A DNA stretch of 64,000 nt. Source: Eubacterium sp. CAG:180 (GTDB lineage: Bacteria; Bacillota; Clostridia; Oscillospirales; Acutalibacteraceae). The stretch covers positions 55,428 to 119,427 of the forward strand of contig HF993133.1 of the NCBI GenBank assembly GCA_000432435.1, given 5' to 3'. Shown piece by piece: positions 48,191 through 58,174 of this stretch. Position 1 is the first letter of the stretch. Each line of letters starts with the position of its first letter. Position numbers and translations under genes: made by a program. A model generated the notes under the pieces. It did no database searches. It was not told the origin of the DNA and worked only from the letters and a program-made list of their open reading frames with translations.

Positions 48191-50599
48191 TTATTTAGCG
48201 ACAATATTGACAAGCTTGCCCTTTACATAGATTTCCTTGATGATATTTTTACCCTCAAGAGCGGCAGCTATGCCTTCGTCCTTCTTTGCGAGAGCTATTG
48301 CCTTATCACTTTCAATGTCGGTGGGAACAGAGAGTCTCGCTCTTATCTTACCGTTTATCTGGACTACTATTTCAACGGTGCTGTCAACACATTTAGCCTC
48401 GTCAAAGCTCGGCCACTTTGCATCCTTTGCAAGCATTTCGCCGTAACCGCAATTCGCCCACATCTCCTCTGTGACGTGCGGTGCAAACGGGTTCACGAGA
48501 ATAATAAGCGTTTTGAGCTCGGCACGGTTGATTTTACCGTTTTCGTAAATTTTGTTGAGCAGCGTCATAAGAGCGGCTATTGCCGTGTTATACTTCATCT
48601 GCTCTATGTCCTCGGAAACCTTTTTGACGGTCTTGTGCATAGCGCTCATAAGCTCTTTTGAATACTCGTCGCCGTCCGTCAGGATTTCCTGAAGATTAAA
48701 TACTCTGTCGATAAATCTCTTGCAGCCCTTAACGCTCGATTCGCTCCACGGAGCAGCCTGCTCATAGTCGCCCATAAACAGAACGTAGGTGCGCAGTACA
48801 TCGGCGCCGTATACATCAACTACCTCGTTGGGGTCTATTACGTTGCCGCGCGATTTACTCATTTTAACTCCGTCCGGTCCTAAGATAAGACCCTGAGCTG
48901 TGCGCTTTTGATACGGCTCCTCATACGGCACTACGCCGAGGTCATAGAGGAATTTATACCAGAATCTTGAATATATCAGGTGGCGTGTAACGTGCTCCAT
49001 ACCGCCGTTGTACCAGTCTACCGGCATCCAGTATTTAAGCTTGTCATAGTCGGCAAAGGTCTTATCGTTGTGCGGGTCAACATATCTTAAGAAGTACCAC
49101 GAGGAGCCTGCCCACTGAGGCATGGTGTCCGTCTCGCGCTTTGCGTCGCCGCCGCAGACGGGGCACTTGCAGTTTACAAACGAGTCAATCTTTGCAAGCG
49201 GACTCTCGCCGTCCTGACCGGGTTCAAAGTTTTCAACATTCGGAAGCTTCAGCGGAAGCTCGTCATACGGAACGGGAACCATTCCGCACTTCGGACAGTA
49301 GATAATCGGAATAGGCTCGCCCCAGTAGCGCTGACGGTTAAATGCCCAATCCTTCATCTTATACTGAACTCCGCCCTCACCGATGCCTTTTTCGGTGAGA
49401 TAATCTATCATCTTTTTGATGGAATCCTTTTTATTGTCCATACCGTTAAGGAAGCCGGAATTTACCATTTCGCCGTCGCCGGTATATGCCGCCTCATCGA
49501 TATTTCCGCCCTTTATGACTTCGATAATGTCTATACCGAATTTCTTGGCGAAATCGTAGTCGCGGTCATCGTGAGCCGGCACAGCCATTATTGCGCCCGT
49601 GCCGTAGCCCATCATTACGTAGTCGGAAATATAAACCGGTATTTCCCTGCCGTTTACGGGGTTTATCGCGGTAAGACCGTCAATTTTGACGCCCGTCTTA
49701 TCCTTGACGAGCTGAGTGCGCTCAAACTCTGTCTTTTTACTGCATTCTGTGCGGTAATCGACTATCGCATCCATATTGCGGATTTTATCCTTATACTTGT
49801 CGATTATCGGGTGCTCCGGAGCAATTACCATAAATGTAACGCCGAAGAGAGTGTCGGGCCTAGTTGTGTATATCCTAAGCTTTTCGGGAATATCTTTAAG
49901 AGAGAAATTGACGAACGCGCCGCGGCTCTTGCCTATCCAATGCTCCTGCTGAGCCTTGATGTTTGGGAGATAGTCAACGTGCTTGAGGCCCTCCAAGAGC
50001 TTATCGGCATACTCGGTAATGCGAAGATACCAAACGTCCTTTGACTTTTGTACGACTTCGCTGTGGCAGATATCGCACTTGCCGCCCTGAGAATCCTCAT
50101 TTGACAAAACGACCTTGCAGGAGGGGCAATAGTTTACGAGAGTCTTGTCGCGGAACGCAAGACCGTTTTCAAACATCTTGAGGAATATCCACTGGGTCCA
50201 CTTGTAGTAGCCCTCTTCGGTTGTGTCTATAACTCTTGTCCAGTCGAACGAAAATCCCACGCGCTTTAACTGACTTGTAAACTTCTTTATATTCATATCG
50301 GTGACCTTGCGCGGATGTATGCCCGTTTTAATGGCATAGTTTTCCGTCGGCAGACCGTATGCGTCAAAGCCTATCGGGAAAAGCACGTTGTAGCCCTGAA
50401 GTCTTCTCTTGCGAGATACCACCTCAAGACCCGAATATGCCTTGATGTGACCTACGTGCATACCGGCTCCGCTCGGATAGGGAAATTCCACAAGTCCGTA
50501 AAATTTAGGCTTATCGGAATTGTCAACGGCGTGGAAAACGCCCTCCTCTTCCCATTTTTCCTGCCACTTGCTTTCAATATGCTTAAAATCGTATTCCAT
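48191..50599 (-). CDS. leuS: Leucyl-tRNA synthetase
   Basis: 802 aa. HVGH (HIGH) and KMSKS motifs, CP1 editing domain, zinc-knuckle cysteines. Confidence 0.95.
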   Translation of the reverse strand: MEYDFKHIESKWQEKWEEEGVFHAVDNSDKPKFYGLVEFPYPSGAGMHVGHIKAYSGLEVVSRKRRLQGYNVLFPIGFDAYGLPTENYAIKTGIHPRKVTDMNIKKFTSQLKRVGFSFDWTRVIDTTEEGYYKWTQWIFLKMFENGLAFRDKTLVNYCPSCKVVLSNEDSQGGKCDICHSEVVQKSKDVWYLRITEYADKLLEGLKHVDYLPNIKAQQEHWIGKSRGAFVNFSLKDIPEKLRIYTTRPDTLFGVTFMVIAPEHPIIDKYKDKIRNMDAIVDYRTECSKKTEFERTQLVKDKTGVKIDGLTAINPVNGREIPVYISDYVMMGYGTGAIMAVPAHDDRDYDFAKKFGIDIIEVIKGGNIDEAAYTGDGEMVNSGFLNGMDNKKDSIKKMIDYLTEKGIGEGGVQYKMKDWAFNRQRYWGEPIPIIYCPKCGMVPVPYDELPLKLPNVENFEPGQDGESPLAKIDSFVNCKCPVCGGDAKRETDTMPQWAGSSWYFLRYVDPHNDKTFADYDKLKYWMPVDWYNGGMEHVTRHLIYSRFWYKFLYDLGVVPYEEPYQKRTAQGLILGPDGVKMSKSRGNVIDPNEVVDVYGADVLRTYVLFMGDYEQAAPWSESSVKGCKRFIDRVFNLQEILTDGDEYSKELMSAMHKTVKKVSEDIEQMKYNTAIAALMTLLNKIYENGKINRAELKTLIILVNPFAPHVTEEMWANCGYGEMLAKDAKWPSFDEAKCVDSTVEIVVQINGKIRARLSVPTDIESDKAIALAKKDEGIAAALEGKNIIKEIYVKGKLVNIVAK

Positions 50600-50643
50600 T
50601 TATTTCACCCTTTTGCAGTATAGTCAATTTTTAACTAAGGATA

Positions 50644-50997
50644 TTATTCGCTTATCCACTCGGAAACGTCAACCTCCTCGGCGTCGCCCCAGAGCTTTTC
50701 GAGATTAAAGTTTTCACGGCTTTCCTTTGTAAATACGTGAACTATAACCGTGCCGTAATCAAGAAGTATCCAACCCGTAGCCTTACCCTCAACGCTCTTT
50801 GCGTTTTTGCCCTTTTCGGCGAGCTTGTCCTCAAGATCGTCCGAAAGAGCCTTTATATGAGTCGGCGACGTGCCGGTGACTATCACGAAATAGTCGGCAA
50901 TAACGGTAAGGTCCGTTACCTTGAGAGCCTTTATATCCATACCCTTTTTTCTGTCGAGAGTTTCGACCGTCAATTTGAGTAATTCCTCTGTCGTCAT
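50644..50997 (-). CDS. rsfS: Ribosome silencing factor RsfS (Iojap family)
   Basis: 117 aa. Iojap/DUF143 pattern. Conserved yqeI-nadD-yqeK-rsfS order. Confidence 0.85.
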   Translation of the reverse strand: MTTEELLKLTVETLDRKKGMDIKALKVTDLTVIADYFVIVTGTSPTHIKALSDDLEDKLAEKGKNAKSVEGKATGWILLDYGTVIVHVFTKESRENFNLEKLWGDAEEVDVSEWISE

Positions 50998-51581
50998 AAC
51001 TTTTTCCTTTCGTAAGAAATTGCGATAAAATTATATGCTTTAACGCTGTCCTCATGAATGGGGAAGCCTTTTTTTACATTTTCGATAACGGTGAACTGAA
51101 GCCCCTCAAGCATTGCCTCGTCAAGACTTCGGTATGCTTTTTCACGCATACGCTCTACTCCCGGATATTTTCTGTCCGCCGAGATATAGTCTGCTATGTA
51201 GACCACCTTTTCGAGAAGAGTCATATTTTCTCTGCCCGTGGTGTGATACCGCACCGCCGAAATTATATCCTCATCTTTTACGCCGAGATATTTTTTTATG
51301 TATACGGCGCCCGATAACTGATGCCACGTCTTTGTGCTGCTTTTCTCCGTAGGCGTTAGAATTATACCATCATCGGTGATTATTTTCAACTGCTCCTGCT
51401 TCGGAGTGTCCTTCATAATATCATGCAAAAGCCCTGCCGTAAACGCCTTTTCCCTGTCGGCTTTGTAAATTCCGGCAAGACGATACGCCTCATACGCAAC
51501 ATTCAGCGAATGGTAAAAACGCGAGGGCGTAAGATGCTTTTTAATTTCATAAAAGAACTCTTCATTTCTTTGCGTATCCAT
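50994..51581 (-). CDS. yqeK: HD-domain bis(5'-nucleosyl)-tetraphosphatase YqeK
   Basis: 195 aa. HD motif (H..HS..VA, LLHDI). Immediately downstream of nadD. Confidence 0.85.
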   Translation of the reverse strand: MDTQRNEEFFYEIKKHLTPSRFYHSLNVAYEAYRLAGIYKADREKAFTAGLLHDIMKDTPKQEQLKIITDDGIILTPTEKSSTKTWHQLSGAVYIKKYLGVKDEDIISAVRYHTTGRENMTLLEKVVYIADYISADRKYPGVERMREKAYRSLDEAMLEGLQFTVIENVKKGFPIHEDSVKAYNFIAISYERKKL

Positions 51582-52188
51582 ACATACCTCTTTCCTTTAT
51601 GAATTCATACGCCTCTTTCGTCAGAACGTCGGACACATCCTCACCCGCGGATATTTTTTGCCTTATTTCGGTAGACGAAATTTCGAGAGGGCTGCTCGGA
51701 GAAATTATAATACCGTTCGCCTCATTCGACGGCATATATATGTGCAAGGTCGAAAAAGCATATGAGCGCAGTGCCTTTACGGTGTCTTCGTCCTCGCGCG
51801 ACATAACGCACAGGGTACACTTTTTCATTATTTCACGGTATTTATACCACTTATGAAACGACAAAAACATATCCGAGCCTATTATCAAAAACAGCTGCGC
51901 GTCCTTGTATTTGCTCAAAATCTCGTTCACCGTGAATATCATATAGCTGTCGGTGTCACGGTCGATCTCCATGGTGCTGACCTCGTAATTTTTGCCCGTA
52001 AACGTGCGGCGGCAAAGCTCCGCCCTGTCGGAGTCAAGTGCCAGGTCCTCACAAATCTTGTGAACCGGCCGCTTATCGGGAATTACGAGCACCTTGTCAA
52101 GCTCCAATTTATCGGCAAAGGTCTCGATTAATCTCAAATGCCCATTGTGCGGCGGATTGAATGTACCGCCGAAAATTCCGATTTTCAT
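51562..52188 (-). CDS. nadD: Nicotinate-nucleotide adenylyltransferase
   Basis: 208 aa. GGTFNPPHNGH (HxGH) nucleotidyltransferase motif. Confidence 0.9.
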   Translation of the reverse strand: MKIGIFGGTFNPPHNGHLRLIETFADKLELDKVLVIPDKRPVHKICEDLALDSDRAELCRRTFTGKNYEVSTMEIDRDTDSYMIFTVNEILSKYKDAQLFLIIGSDMFLSFHKWYKYREIMKKCTLCVMSREDEDTVKALRSYAFSTLHIYMPSNEANGIIISPSSPLEISSTEIRQKISAGEDVSDVLTKEAYEFIKERGMYGYAKK

Positions 52189-52493
52189 TTCTTCTTCTTT
52201 TTATTTTCGTGAAGCTTTTTGCTGTAACGGTAAAATATCATACTTCCGCCGATAACCGCCACAACCTCGCTGCCCGTTGCCTCGGCTATCCTGTTCGCCG
52301 CCTCGCGCGGAGTAAGCGGAGAAGTGTCGCGAAGCACCTTGACCTTTATAAGCTCTCTTGCGGTCAGCGCGTCGTCAACCTGCTTTATCAGCGCGTCGGA
52401 CATACCGCCCTTACCGAGCTGGAATAACGGCTCCATATTGTTTGCCTGAGCTCTTTTTTCGGCTCTTTCTTTACTTGTCATATTGTATATCAA
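52185..52493 (-). CDS. yhbY: YhbY/CRS1-type RNA-binding ribosome assembly protein
   Basis: 102 aa. CRM domain, GKGG motif. Confidence 0.8.
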   Translation of the reverse strand: MIYNMTSKERAEKRAQANNMEPLFQLGKGGMSDALIKQVDDALTARELIKVKVLRDTSPLTPREAANRIAEATGSEVVAVIGGSMIFYRYSKKLHENKKKKK

Positions 52494-52503
52494 TGCCTTT
52501 CGG

Positions 52504-53094
52504 TTATTTTAAATATTCGGGAAGCTCCTTTGCGAGCTTGCGCAGAGCATTTCCTCGGTGGCTCACGGCGTCCTTTTCTTCGGGTGAAAATTCCGCAAAC
52601 GAGCGGTCGCCCACATAGAAGAGAGGGTCATACCCGAAACCGCCGTCGCCGCGCTTTTCATAGCCTATTACTCCGTGACATTCGCCGCGGACAGTAAAAT
52701 GCCTGCCGTCCGGGAAAACACAGCACACCGCCGAAACGAACGATGCAGTACGCTTTTCGGGCGGAACGTCCCGGAGCTTTTCAAGAAGCTTTCGGTTGTT
52801 TTTATCGTCATTGCCATGCTCTCCGGCATACCTTGCCGAATATACACCCGGTTCGCCGCCGAGCGCGTCCACGGACAGTCCCGAATCGTCGGCTATACAC
52901 GGCATACCGCTCTCACGGCAGCCCGAATCCGCCTTTAAAAATGCGTTTTCTTCAAACGTTGTTCCCGTCTCTTCAACATCGGTAAGAACTATACCCGCTT
53001 CATCGGCGGTCAGTACGTTAACTCCGAGCGGCGAGAGTATTCTCTGAAGCTCGGCGCGTTTTTTCATATTATGAGTGGCGATTAAAAAATCCAA
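52504..53094 (-). CDS. rdgB: Non-canonical purine NTP pyrophosphatase (RdgB/HAM1)
   Basis: 196 aa. ATHN.KK, ENA..KA, FGYDP.F motifs. Confidence 0.88.
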   Translation of the reverse strand: MDFLIATHNMKKRAELQRILSPLGVNVLTADEAGIVLTDVEETGTTFEENAFLKADSGCRESGMPCIADDSGLSVDALGGEPGVYSARYAGEHGNDDKNNRKLLEKLRDVPPEKRTASFVSAVCCVFPDGRHFTVRGECHGVIGYEKRGDGGFGYDPLFYVGDRSFAEFSPEEKDAVSHRGNALRKLAKELPEYLK

Positions 53095-54280
53095 AGCGCT
53101 TTTTCTCCTTTTTCTTTTTGGGCTCCTCTGCGTCGGACGGAGCGTCTTCTATATCTTTCTCACTCTGTTCCAGTCCATGAACTCCGCTTTCATCTGCTGC
53201 GTCGGCGTCAGCTTTGACTTTGCCCTCTTCTTTTTTATCTTCGTCTTTGCCGCTTTGTTCATCCTTATCAGTATGTCCGATCTGTTGTGATCCATCAGCT
53301 TGAATAATTTGCCCGTCAGGCGCCACATCTTCTTGCGAAATTCCATCTTTTTCGTCCTCCTCGTTGTAATCTATTTTTTCAAACAGACCATCGGCAAAAG
53401 CCCTGGGGTTAAACGGCTGCAAATCATCAATCTGCTCGCCCACGCCTATAAATTTAACGGGAATCCCAAGCTCGTTTTTAATAGTGAGAACAACTCCGCC
53501 TCGAGCCGTACCGTCAAGCTTTGTTAAAACTATGCCGGTGATTTCGGCGGCGTTCATAAATTCGCGCGCCTGATTTACGGCATTCTGTCCCGTTGTGGCG
53601 TCAAGCACCAACAGCACCTCGCGGTCCGAATACGGAAGCTCGCGGTCTATAATGCGGTACATTTTGGCGAGCTCATCCATAAGGTTCTTTTTATTGTGAA
53701 GTCTTCCCGCGGTGTCAATTATGACAATGTCGCAGTTTCTTGCCTTTGCGGCATTTATCGTGTCAAAAACAACAGCCGCCGGGTCTGCTCCCTCGGAGTG
53801 CTTTACTATATCAACACCGGCTCTGTCCGCCCAAATCTGAAGCTGGTCGATTGCCGCGGCACGGAATGTGTCGGCCGCTCCTAAAATGACCTTTTTGCCC
53901 TCGGACTTGTACATAGCCGCCAATTTGCCTATGGTCGTGGTTTTACCTACGCCGTTGACGCCTATTACAAATATGATGGACGGTATTGTTATAAGCCCCA
54001 TATCCTCGCCGCCGTATAGCTTTTCGGCGACAATCTCCTTGATTTCATCCTTAACCATTGTCGGATTTTTGATTTTTTTCTCCGGCACGCGCTTGCGAAG
54101 CTCCTCGATTATCTCAAGCGAGGTCTGCACTCCGACATCGTGCATAACGAGCAGCTCTTCAAGCTCGGTGTAAAGGTCGTCGTTTATCTCGCCGACGCTG
54201 TCGAGCAAATCATCAATCGCTCCCGCCATTTTATTTCGGGTCTTTGTAAGGCCGAAATTTATTTTGCTGAAAATTCCCAT
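53069..54280 (-). CDS. ftsY: Signal recognition particle receptor FtsY, carrying an about 100-aa acidic C-terminal tail that ends in a basic KKKKEKKRFGFF motif
   Basis: NG domain with GVNGVGKTTT, DTAGR, TKLDG motifs at the N-terminus (start placed at MGIFSKINFG). The acidic low-complexity domain is C-terminal rather than in the usual N-terminal position. Confidence 0.85.
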   Translation of the reverse strand: MGIFSKINFGLTKTRNKMAGAIDDLLDSVGEINDDLYTELEELLVMHDVGVQTSLEIIEELRKRVPEKKIKNPTMVKDEIKEIVAEKLYGGEDMGLITIPSIIFVIGVNGVGKTTTIGKLAAMYKSEGKKVILGAADTFRAAAIDQLQIWADRAGVDIVKHSEGADPAAVVFDTINAAKARNCDIVIIDTAGRLHNKKNLMDELAKMYRIIDRELPYSDREVLLVLDATTGQNAVNQAREFMNAAEITGIVLTKLDGTARGGVVLTIKNELGIPVKFIGVGEQIDDLQPFNPRAFADGLFEKIDYNEEDEKDGISQEDVAPDGQIIQADGSQQIGHTDKDEQSGKDEDKKEEGKVKADADAADESGVHGLEQSEKDIEDAPSDAEEPKKKKEKKRFGFFNRHS

Positions 54281-54420
54281 TTGTTTATTCCTTTCGGATA
54301 AGAAATTTTTGATTTCAATCAAATAGATTATGCGAATATTTTAAGCACAGCCACAGTATCGCCGCGTTTTTCGCCGCAAATAAAGCTCCGAGCGGCGTGT
54401 AGTTAATTTTTGTCTATCCT

Positions 54421-54464
54421 GAGTTCGGGTGAACAAAAGCCGCATCGTGCGCAAGATTTACGCC
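54421..54464. repeat. 44-bp direct repeat, copy 1, in the smc-ftsY intergenic region
   Basis: gagttcgggtgaacaaaagccgcatcgtgcgcaagatttacgc. Differs from copy 2 (54555..54598) by 3 C/T transitions. Confidence 0.6.
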
Positions 54465-54554
54465 GTAATTTTTGGTTTTATATATCAATGCCGTTTAGCT
54501 TAAAGATTGTGTACAAGGTGGTTTTTGCGAACCCCGACGCGTACTACGGTACGC

Positions 54555-54598
54555 GAGTTTGGGTGAACAAAAGCCGCATTGTGCGCAAGATTTATGCT
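54555..54598. repeat. 44-bp direct repeat, copy 2 (its last 7 nt overlap the smc stop codon)
   Basis: gagtttgggtgaacaaaagccgcattgtgcgcaagatttatgc; preceded by hairpin cgcgtac-tacg-gtacgcg. Confidence 0.6.
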
Positions 54599-57500
54599 AA
54601 ACCGAGTTTCTTCGCCATTTCGGCTGTCTTTAACTCAAGTAATTTGGATACACCCTTTTCCTGCATGGTCACACCGTACAGTACGTCGGCTTCTTCCATG
54701 GTGCCGCGACGATGGGTAATTAAGATGAACTGGGTGTTTTTAGTCATACGGCGAACATACTGAGCGTAACGCGAAACGTTGACGTCGTCAAGTGCCGCTT
54801 CAACCTCGTCGAAAATACAGAACGGCGCAGGGGTTACCTTGAGTATCGCAAAAAGAAGCGCAATGGCGGAAAGTCCCTTTTCACCGCCGGAGAGCAAGTT
54901 GATGTTCTGAACGTTTTTGCCGGGCGGCTGAACCTTGATTTCAATGTCGCTGCCAAGCACGTCGCGCTCGTCCTCGAGTCGAAGCTCCGCCTTACCTCCG
55001 CCAAACAGCTCAATAAAGGTCTGCCCGAAGCATGAGTTAATGCGATTAAACTGCTCGCGAAACTGCTCTGCCATTTTACCGGTCAAATCATCTATCATCT
55101 TATTAAGCTCCGCGCGCGAGGTTTCGACATCATTTATCTGCCCCGATAAGAATTCGTAACGCTCGGATACCTCTTTGTATTCCTCTATTGCGGAGACGTT
55201 TACGGAGCCGAGAGCGCGGATTTGCGATTTAAGCTCTGCGAGACGCTTTGCCGCAAGGGAGTAATCGTCAATTTCTATTTCGAGAGCCGCAGCCTCGCGA
55301 CGGGTGAGCTGATACTCGTCGTAAAGCTTGCTCGTCAGATTGTCATATTCGTTGCGCATTGCTATTTTGCGCTCTTCAAGACGTGCTATGTCGCCGCTGA
55401 GACGTTCGCGCTCCTCGGATTTTGCGCGCTCGTGAAGCCTTAAGTCATTCGCCTGCTTTTCAAGCTCGTCACGCTGTGAAATCAGCTCGTTTATCTGATT
55501 TTGCGCGTCGCCGTGATTTGCTTTAAGAGCCTTTTCATCAGCCGAAAGCCGCTCGGTCAAGGCTCTGAGCTCGTCGTTTTTCTCTTCGATTTCGCGTATT
55601 TCTTCGTCAAGCTCCGAGAGACGGTCAAGGTGACCGGTCTTACGATTTTTAAGCCTTGTAATCTCGTCCGTGTTCGCCTCAACATCCTTTTGGAGTGAAA
55701 CTATGCGAAGTCTTATTTCAGCCGCTTTTGACGCGACCTCTTCGCGATTCTTTTGAAGAGTTTTGCTGTCGCCGGTTATACTCTCAAGCTCTTTTTCCTT
55801 GTTTTCCAGCGTTTCTTTAAGCTCGTCGATTTGCGAACGAGCCGCCTCGGCACCCGAGCTTACGGACTCGATTCTCTTTTCGAGAGTCTCCTTTTCCTCC
55901 AAAAGCTCTTTAACGCCCGAGGAAACGGACGCGAGCTTGTCGCTTGCAAGCTTCAATTCGCCCTCGCGGCGGATATTTTCTTCTTTAGCTCTTAAAAGGT
56001 CGCCCTCGGCGCCCTCAAGCTCCGCCTTTGCGGCAGAGGCGTCCTCCAACAAAAGCTTGTAATCCGAGAGCATCCCGTCAAGCTCTTTTTGCATTGAAGC
56101 AAGAGAACCTTTAAGTCTTTCAATCTCATTGCCTCGGCTGAGTATGCCTGCATTTTGAACGCGAGAGCCGCCCGTCATGGAGCCGCCGGCATTTATAACC
56201 TGACCGTCAAGCGTGACTATGCGGAAGCGATACGAATATTTTTTTGCGATAGCTATGGCGGAATCTATGTCCTCGGCAACTGCCGTGCGCCCCAAAAGCC
56301 AGCGGATTATCTCCGAATATTTGTTGTCATACGACACAAGGTCGGAGGCAATGCTTACAAAGCCGTATTGGTCGTCGAGCCCCTGCTCTGAGAGAACTCT
56401 GCCCTTAATTGCGGTTATCGGCAAAAATGTGGCTCTGCCTGCGCGGTGCTCCTTTAAGAAGCCCATGGCGCGCTTTGCGTCGGTTTCATTATCTACAACA
56501 ATGTTCTGCACAGCCGCTCCGAGAGCCGTCTCGATAGCAGCCGAATACTTATCCTTAACCGTTATGAGCTGAGATACGGGACCGTATATGCCCCTGAGCG
56601 CACCTCTGCCCGACTCCTTCATAACGGCTTTTACCGCGCCGAAGTAGCCCTCCATATTTTTTTCGAGATCCTCAAGAAGGCGGACCCTGTCCTGCCCCTT
56701 GTGAAGCTCGCGCTGTTTTTCGTCTATGGCAAGTTTTACGCTGTCTGCCTTTTTGCCGCGGTTTTCAAATCGCAGAGTATAGCCGTCTATCGCGTTTTTG
56801 ACGGAAACTATCTCGTCCTGTATTTCCTTGAGTGATGCTTCCGCGTCGGCTTTGCGTTTTAAAAGCGCGTCGTAATCGTCCTTGCGCGTTCCCATGGACT
56901 CGTCTATCGCGGAAATTCTCGACCTTATCTCCTCTATGGAGGAATTTGCGGTTTCCGCCGTAACTCGGCAATCCGCAAGCCTTACGGAAAGTGCCGATAT
57001 TTCACCCGAAAGAGCTGCCGCCATATCGGAAAACTCGGAGCTGCTCAGGCGATAAGTCTCCTCCTGCTTTGAGAGCTCGTCCATCTGCCTTGTTGCGTCG
57101 GCTATTTGCTCCTCTGCCTTTTGTATGCATTCTATCGCAGCGGAAACGGCGGCGTCAATATTTTGCTCCGTCTCATTCTCCGCAGCCTTGTCACGGTTTA
57201 TACGCTCTATTGTCTCGTTGTTATGTAAAATCGAGTTTTCGGCAACCTTTATCTGCGAATCTATATCCGAAAGCTTTTCCTCAAAGCCCGAAGCCGAATT
57301 TCTGATTTCCTCCAATTTAATGTTTATGTCTCTTGTGCCGTCCGCCGCCTTGTCAATCATCTCGCCGATTTTTGAAAGCTCATCCTGAGCCTCCTTGTGC
57401 GACGCCTCGGCAATTTCTATTTTATGCTCCTGATCGCGCATTTTTTCGCCGGTCTTGTCTATCGTGTTGAGCCAAATACCTATTTCGAGATTTTTTCGCT

Positions 57501-58161
57501 CACCGGCAAGCACTATGAATTTCTGTGCCTTTTCGCTCTGCGCCTTTAAAGGACCTACTCTGCTCTCAAGCTCCGAGAGTATGTCGCGAAGCCTTACGAG
57601 ATTTTCCTCCGCCTGCGCGAGTCTTTTAATCGCGTCACCGCGTCTGTAACGAAAATGCGAAATTCCCGCCGCTTCCTCAAGCATATCGCGGCGCTCGCTC
57701 GCCTTGGGCGACACCATATCGGCGATTTTGCCCTGACCGACAATGGAGTAACCGTCCCTGCCGAGGCCCGTATCCATAAACAGCTCGTTTACGTCGCGAA
57801 GACGCGCAGATTCGCCGTTCACGAGATATTCGCTGTCGCCCGAACGGTAATAACGCCTTGTAACCGACACCTCGTCGCTGTCTTTATTAAGCGAACGGTC
57901 GGTGTTGTCAAGGCGCAGCGTTACCTCCGCAAAGCCCTTTGCCTTGCGGACGTTCGTTCCCGAAAAAATAACGTCCTCCATTTTTGAGCCGCGAAGCGTT
58001 TTTGTGGACTGCTCGCCGAGAACCCAGCGCACGGCGTCGGAGATGTTGCTCTTTCCGCTTCCGTTGGGTCCTACTACGGCTGTAATGCCCTTATTAAATT
58101 CAAGTACCGTTTTATCGGGGAAGGATTTAAACCCCTGCATTTCCAGCGCTTTTAAAATCAT
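54592..58161 (-). CDS. smc: Chromosome segregation protein SMC
   Basis: 1189 aa. N-terminal Walker A GPNGSGKSN, long coiled coils, hinge, C-terminal LSGGEK signature and Walker B. Confidence 0.95.
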   Translation of the reverse strand: MILKALEMQGFKSFPDKTVLEFNKGITAVVGPNGSGKSNISDAVRWVLGEQSTKTLRGSKMEDVIFSGTNVRKAKGFAEVTLRLDNTDRSLNKDSDEVSVTRRYYRSGDSEYLVNGESARLRDVNELFMDTGLGRDGYSIVGQGKIADMVSPKASERRDMLEEAAGISHFRYRRGDAIKRLAQAEENLVRLRDILSELESRVGPLKAQSEKAQKFIVLAGERKNLEIGIWLNTIDKTGEKMRDQEHKIEIAEASHKEAQDELSKIGEMIDKAADGTRDINIKLEEIRNSASGFEEKLSDIDSQIKVAENSILHNNETIERINRDKAAENETEQNIDAAVSAAIECIQKAEEQIADATRQMDELSKQEETYRLSSSEFSDMAAALSGEISALSVRLADCRVTAETANSSIEEIRSRISAIDESMGTRKDDYDALLKRKADAEASLKEIQDEIVSVKNAIDGYTLRFENRGKKADSVKLAIDEKQRELHKGQDRVRLLEDLEKNMEGYFGAVKAVMKESGRGALRGIYGPVSQLITVKDKYSAAIETALGAAVQNIVVDNETDAKRAMGFLKEHRAGRATFLPITAIKGRVLSEQGLDDQYGFVSIASDLVSYDNKYSEIIRWLLGRTAVAEDIDSAIAIAKKYSYRFRIVTLDGQVINAGGSMTGGSRVQNAGILSRGNEIERLKGSLASMQKELDGMLSDYKLLLEDASAAKAELEGAEGDLLRAKEENIRREGELKLASDKLASVSSGVKELLEEKETLEKRIESVSSGAEAARSQIDELKETLENKEKELESITGDSKTLQKNREEVASKAAEIRLRIVSLQKDVEANTDEITRLKNRKTGHLDRLSELDEEIREIEEKNDELRALTERLSADEKALKANHGDAQNQINELISQRDELEKQANDLRLHERAKSEERERLSGDIARLEERKIAMRNEYDNLTSKLYDEYQLTRREAAALEIEIDDYSLAAKRLAELKSQIRALGSVNVSAIEEYKEVSERYEFLSGQINDVETSRAELNKMIDDLTGKMAEQFREQFNRINSCFGQTFIELFGGGKAELRLEDERDVLGSDIEIKVQPPGKNVQNINLLSGGEKGLSAIALLFAILKVTPAPFCIFDEVEAALDDVNVSRYAQYVRRMTKNTQFILITHRRGTMEEADVLYGVTMQEKGVSKLLELKTAEMAKKLGLA

Positions 58162-58174
58162 TCTTTAAATTCCT

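Noticed and set aside
48100-50650. T-box leader upstream of leuS (and of metG at about 4307)
   Set aside because: leuS starts only 44 bp after rsfS, and metG immediately follows folD. There is no room for a roughly 250-nt T-box leader, so both genes appear to be co-transcribed with their upstream neighbours.
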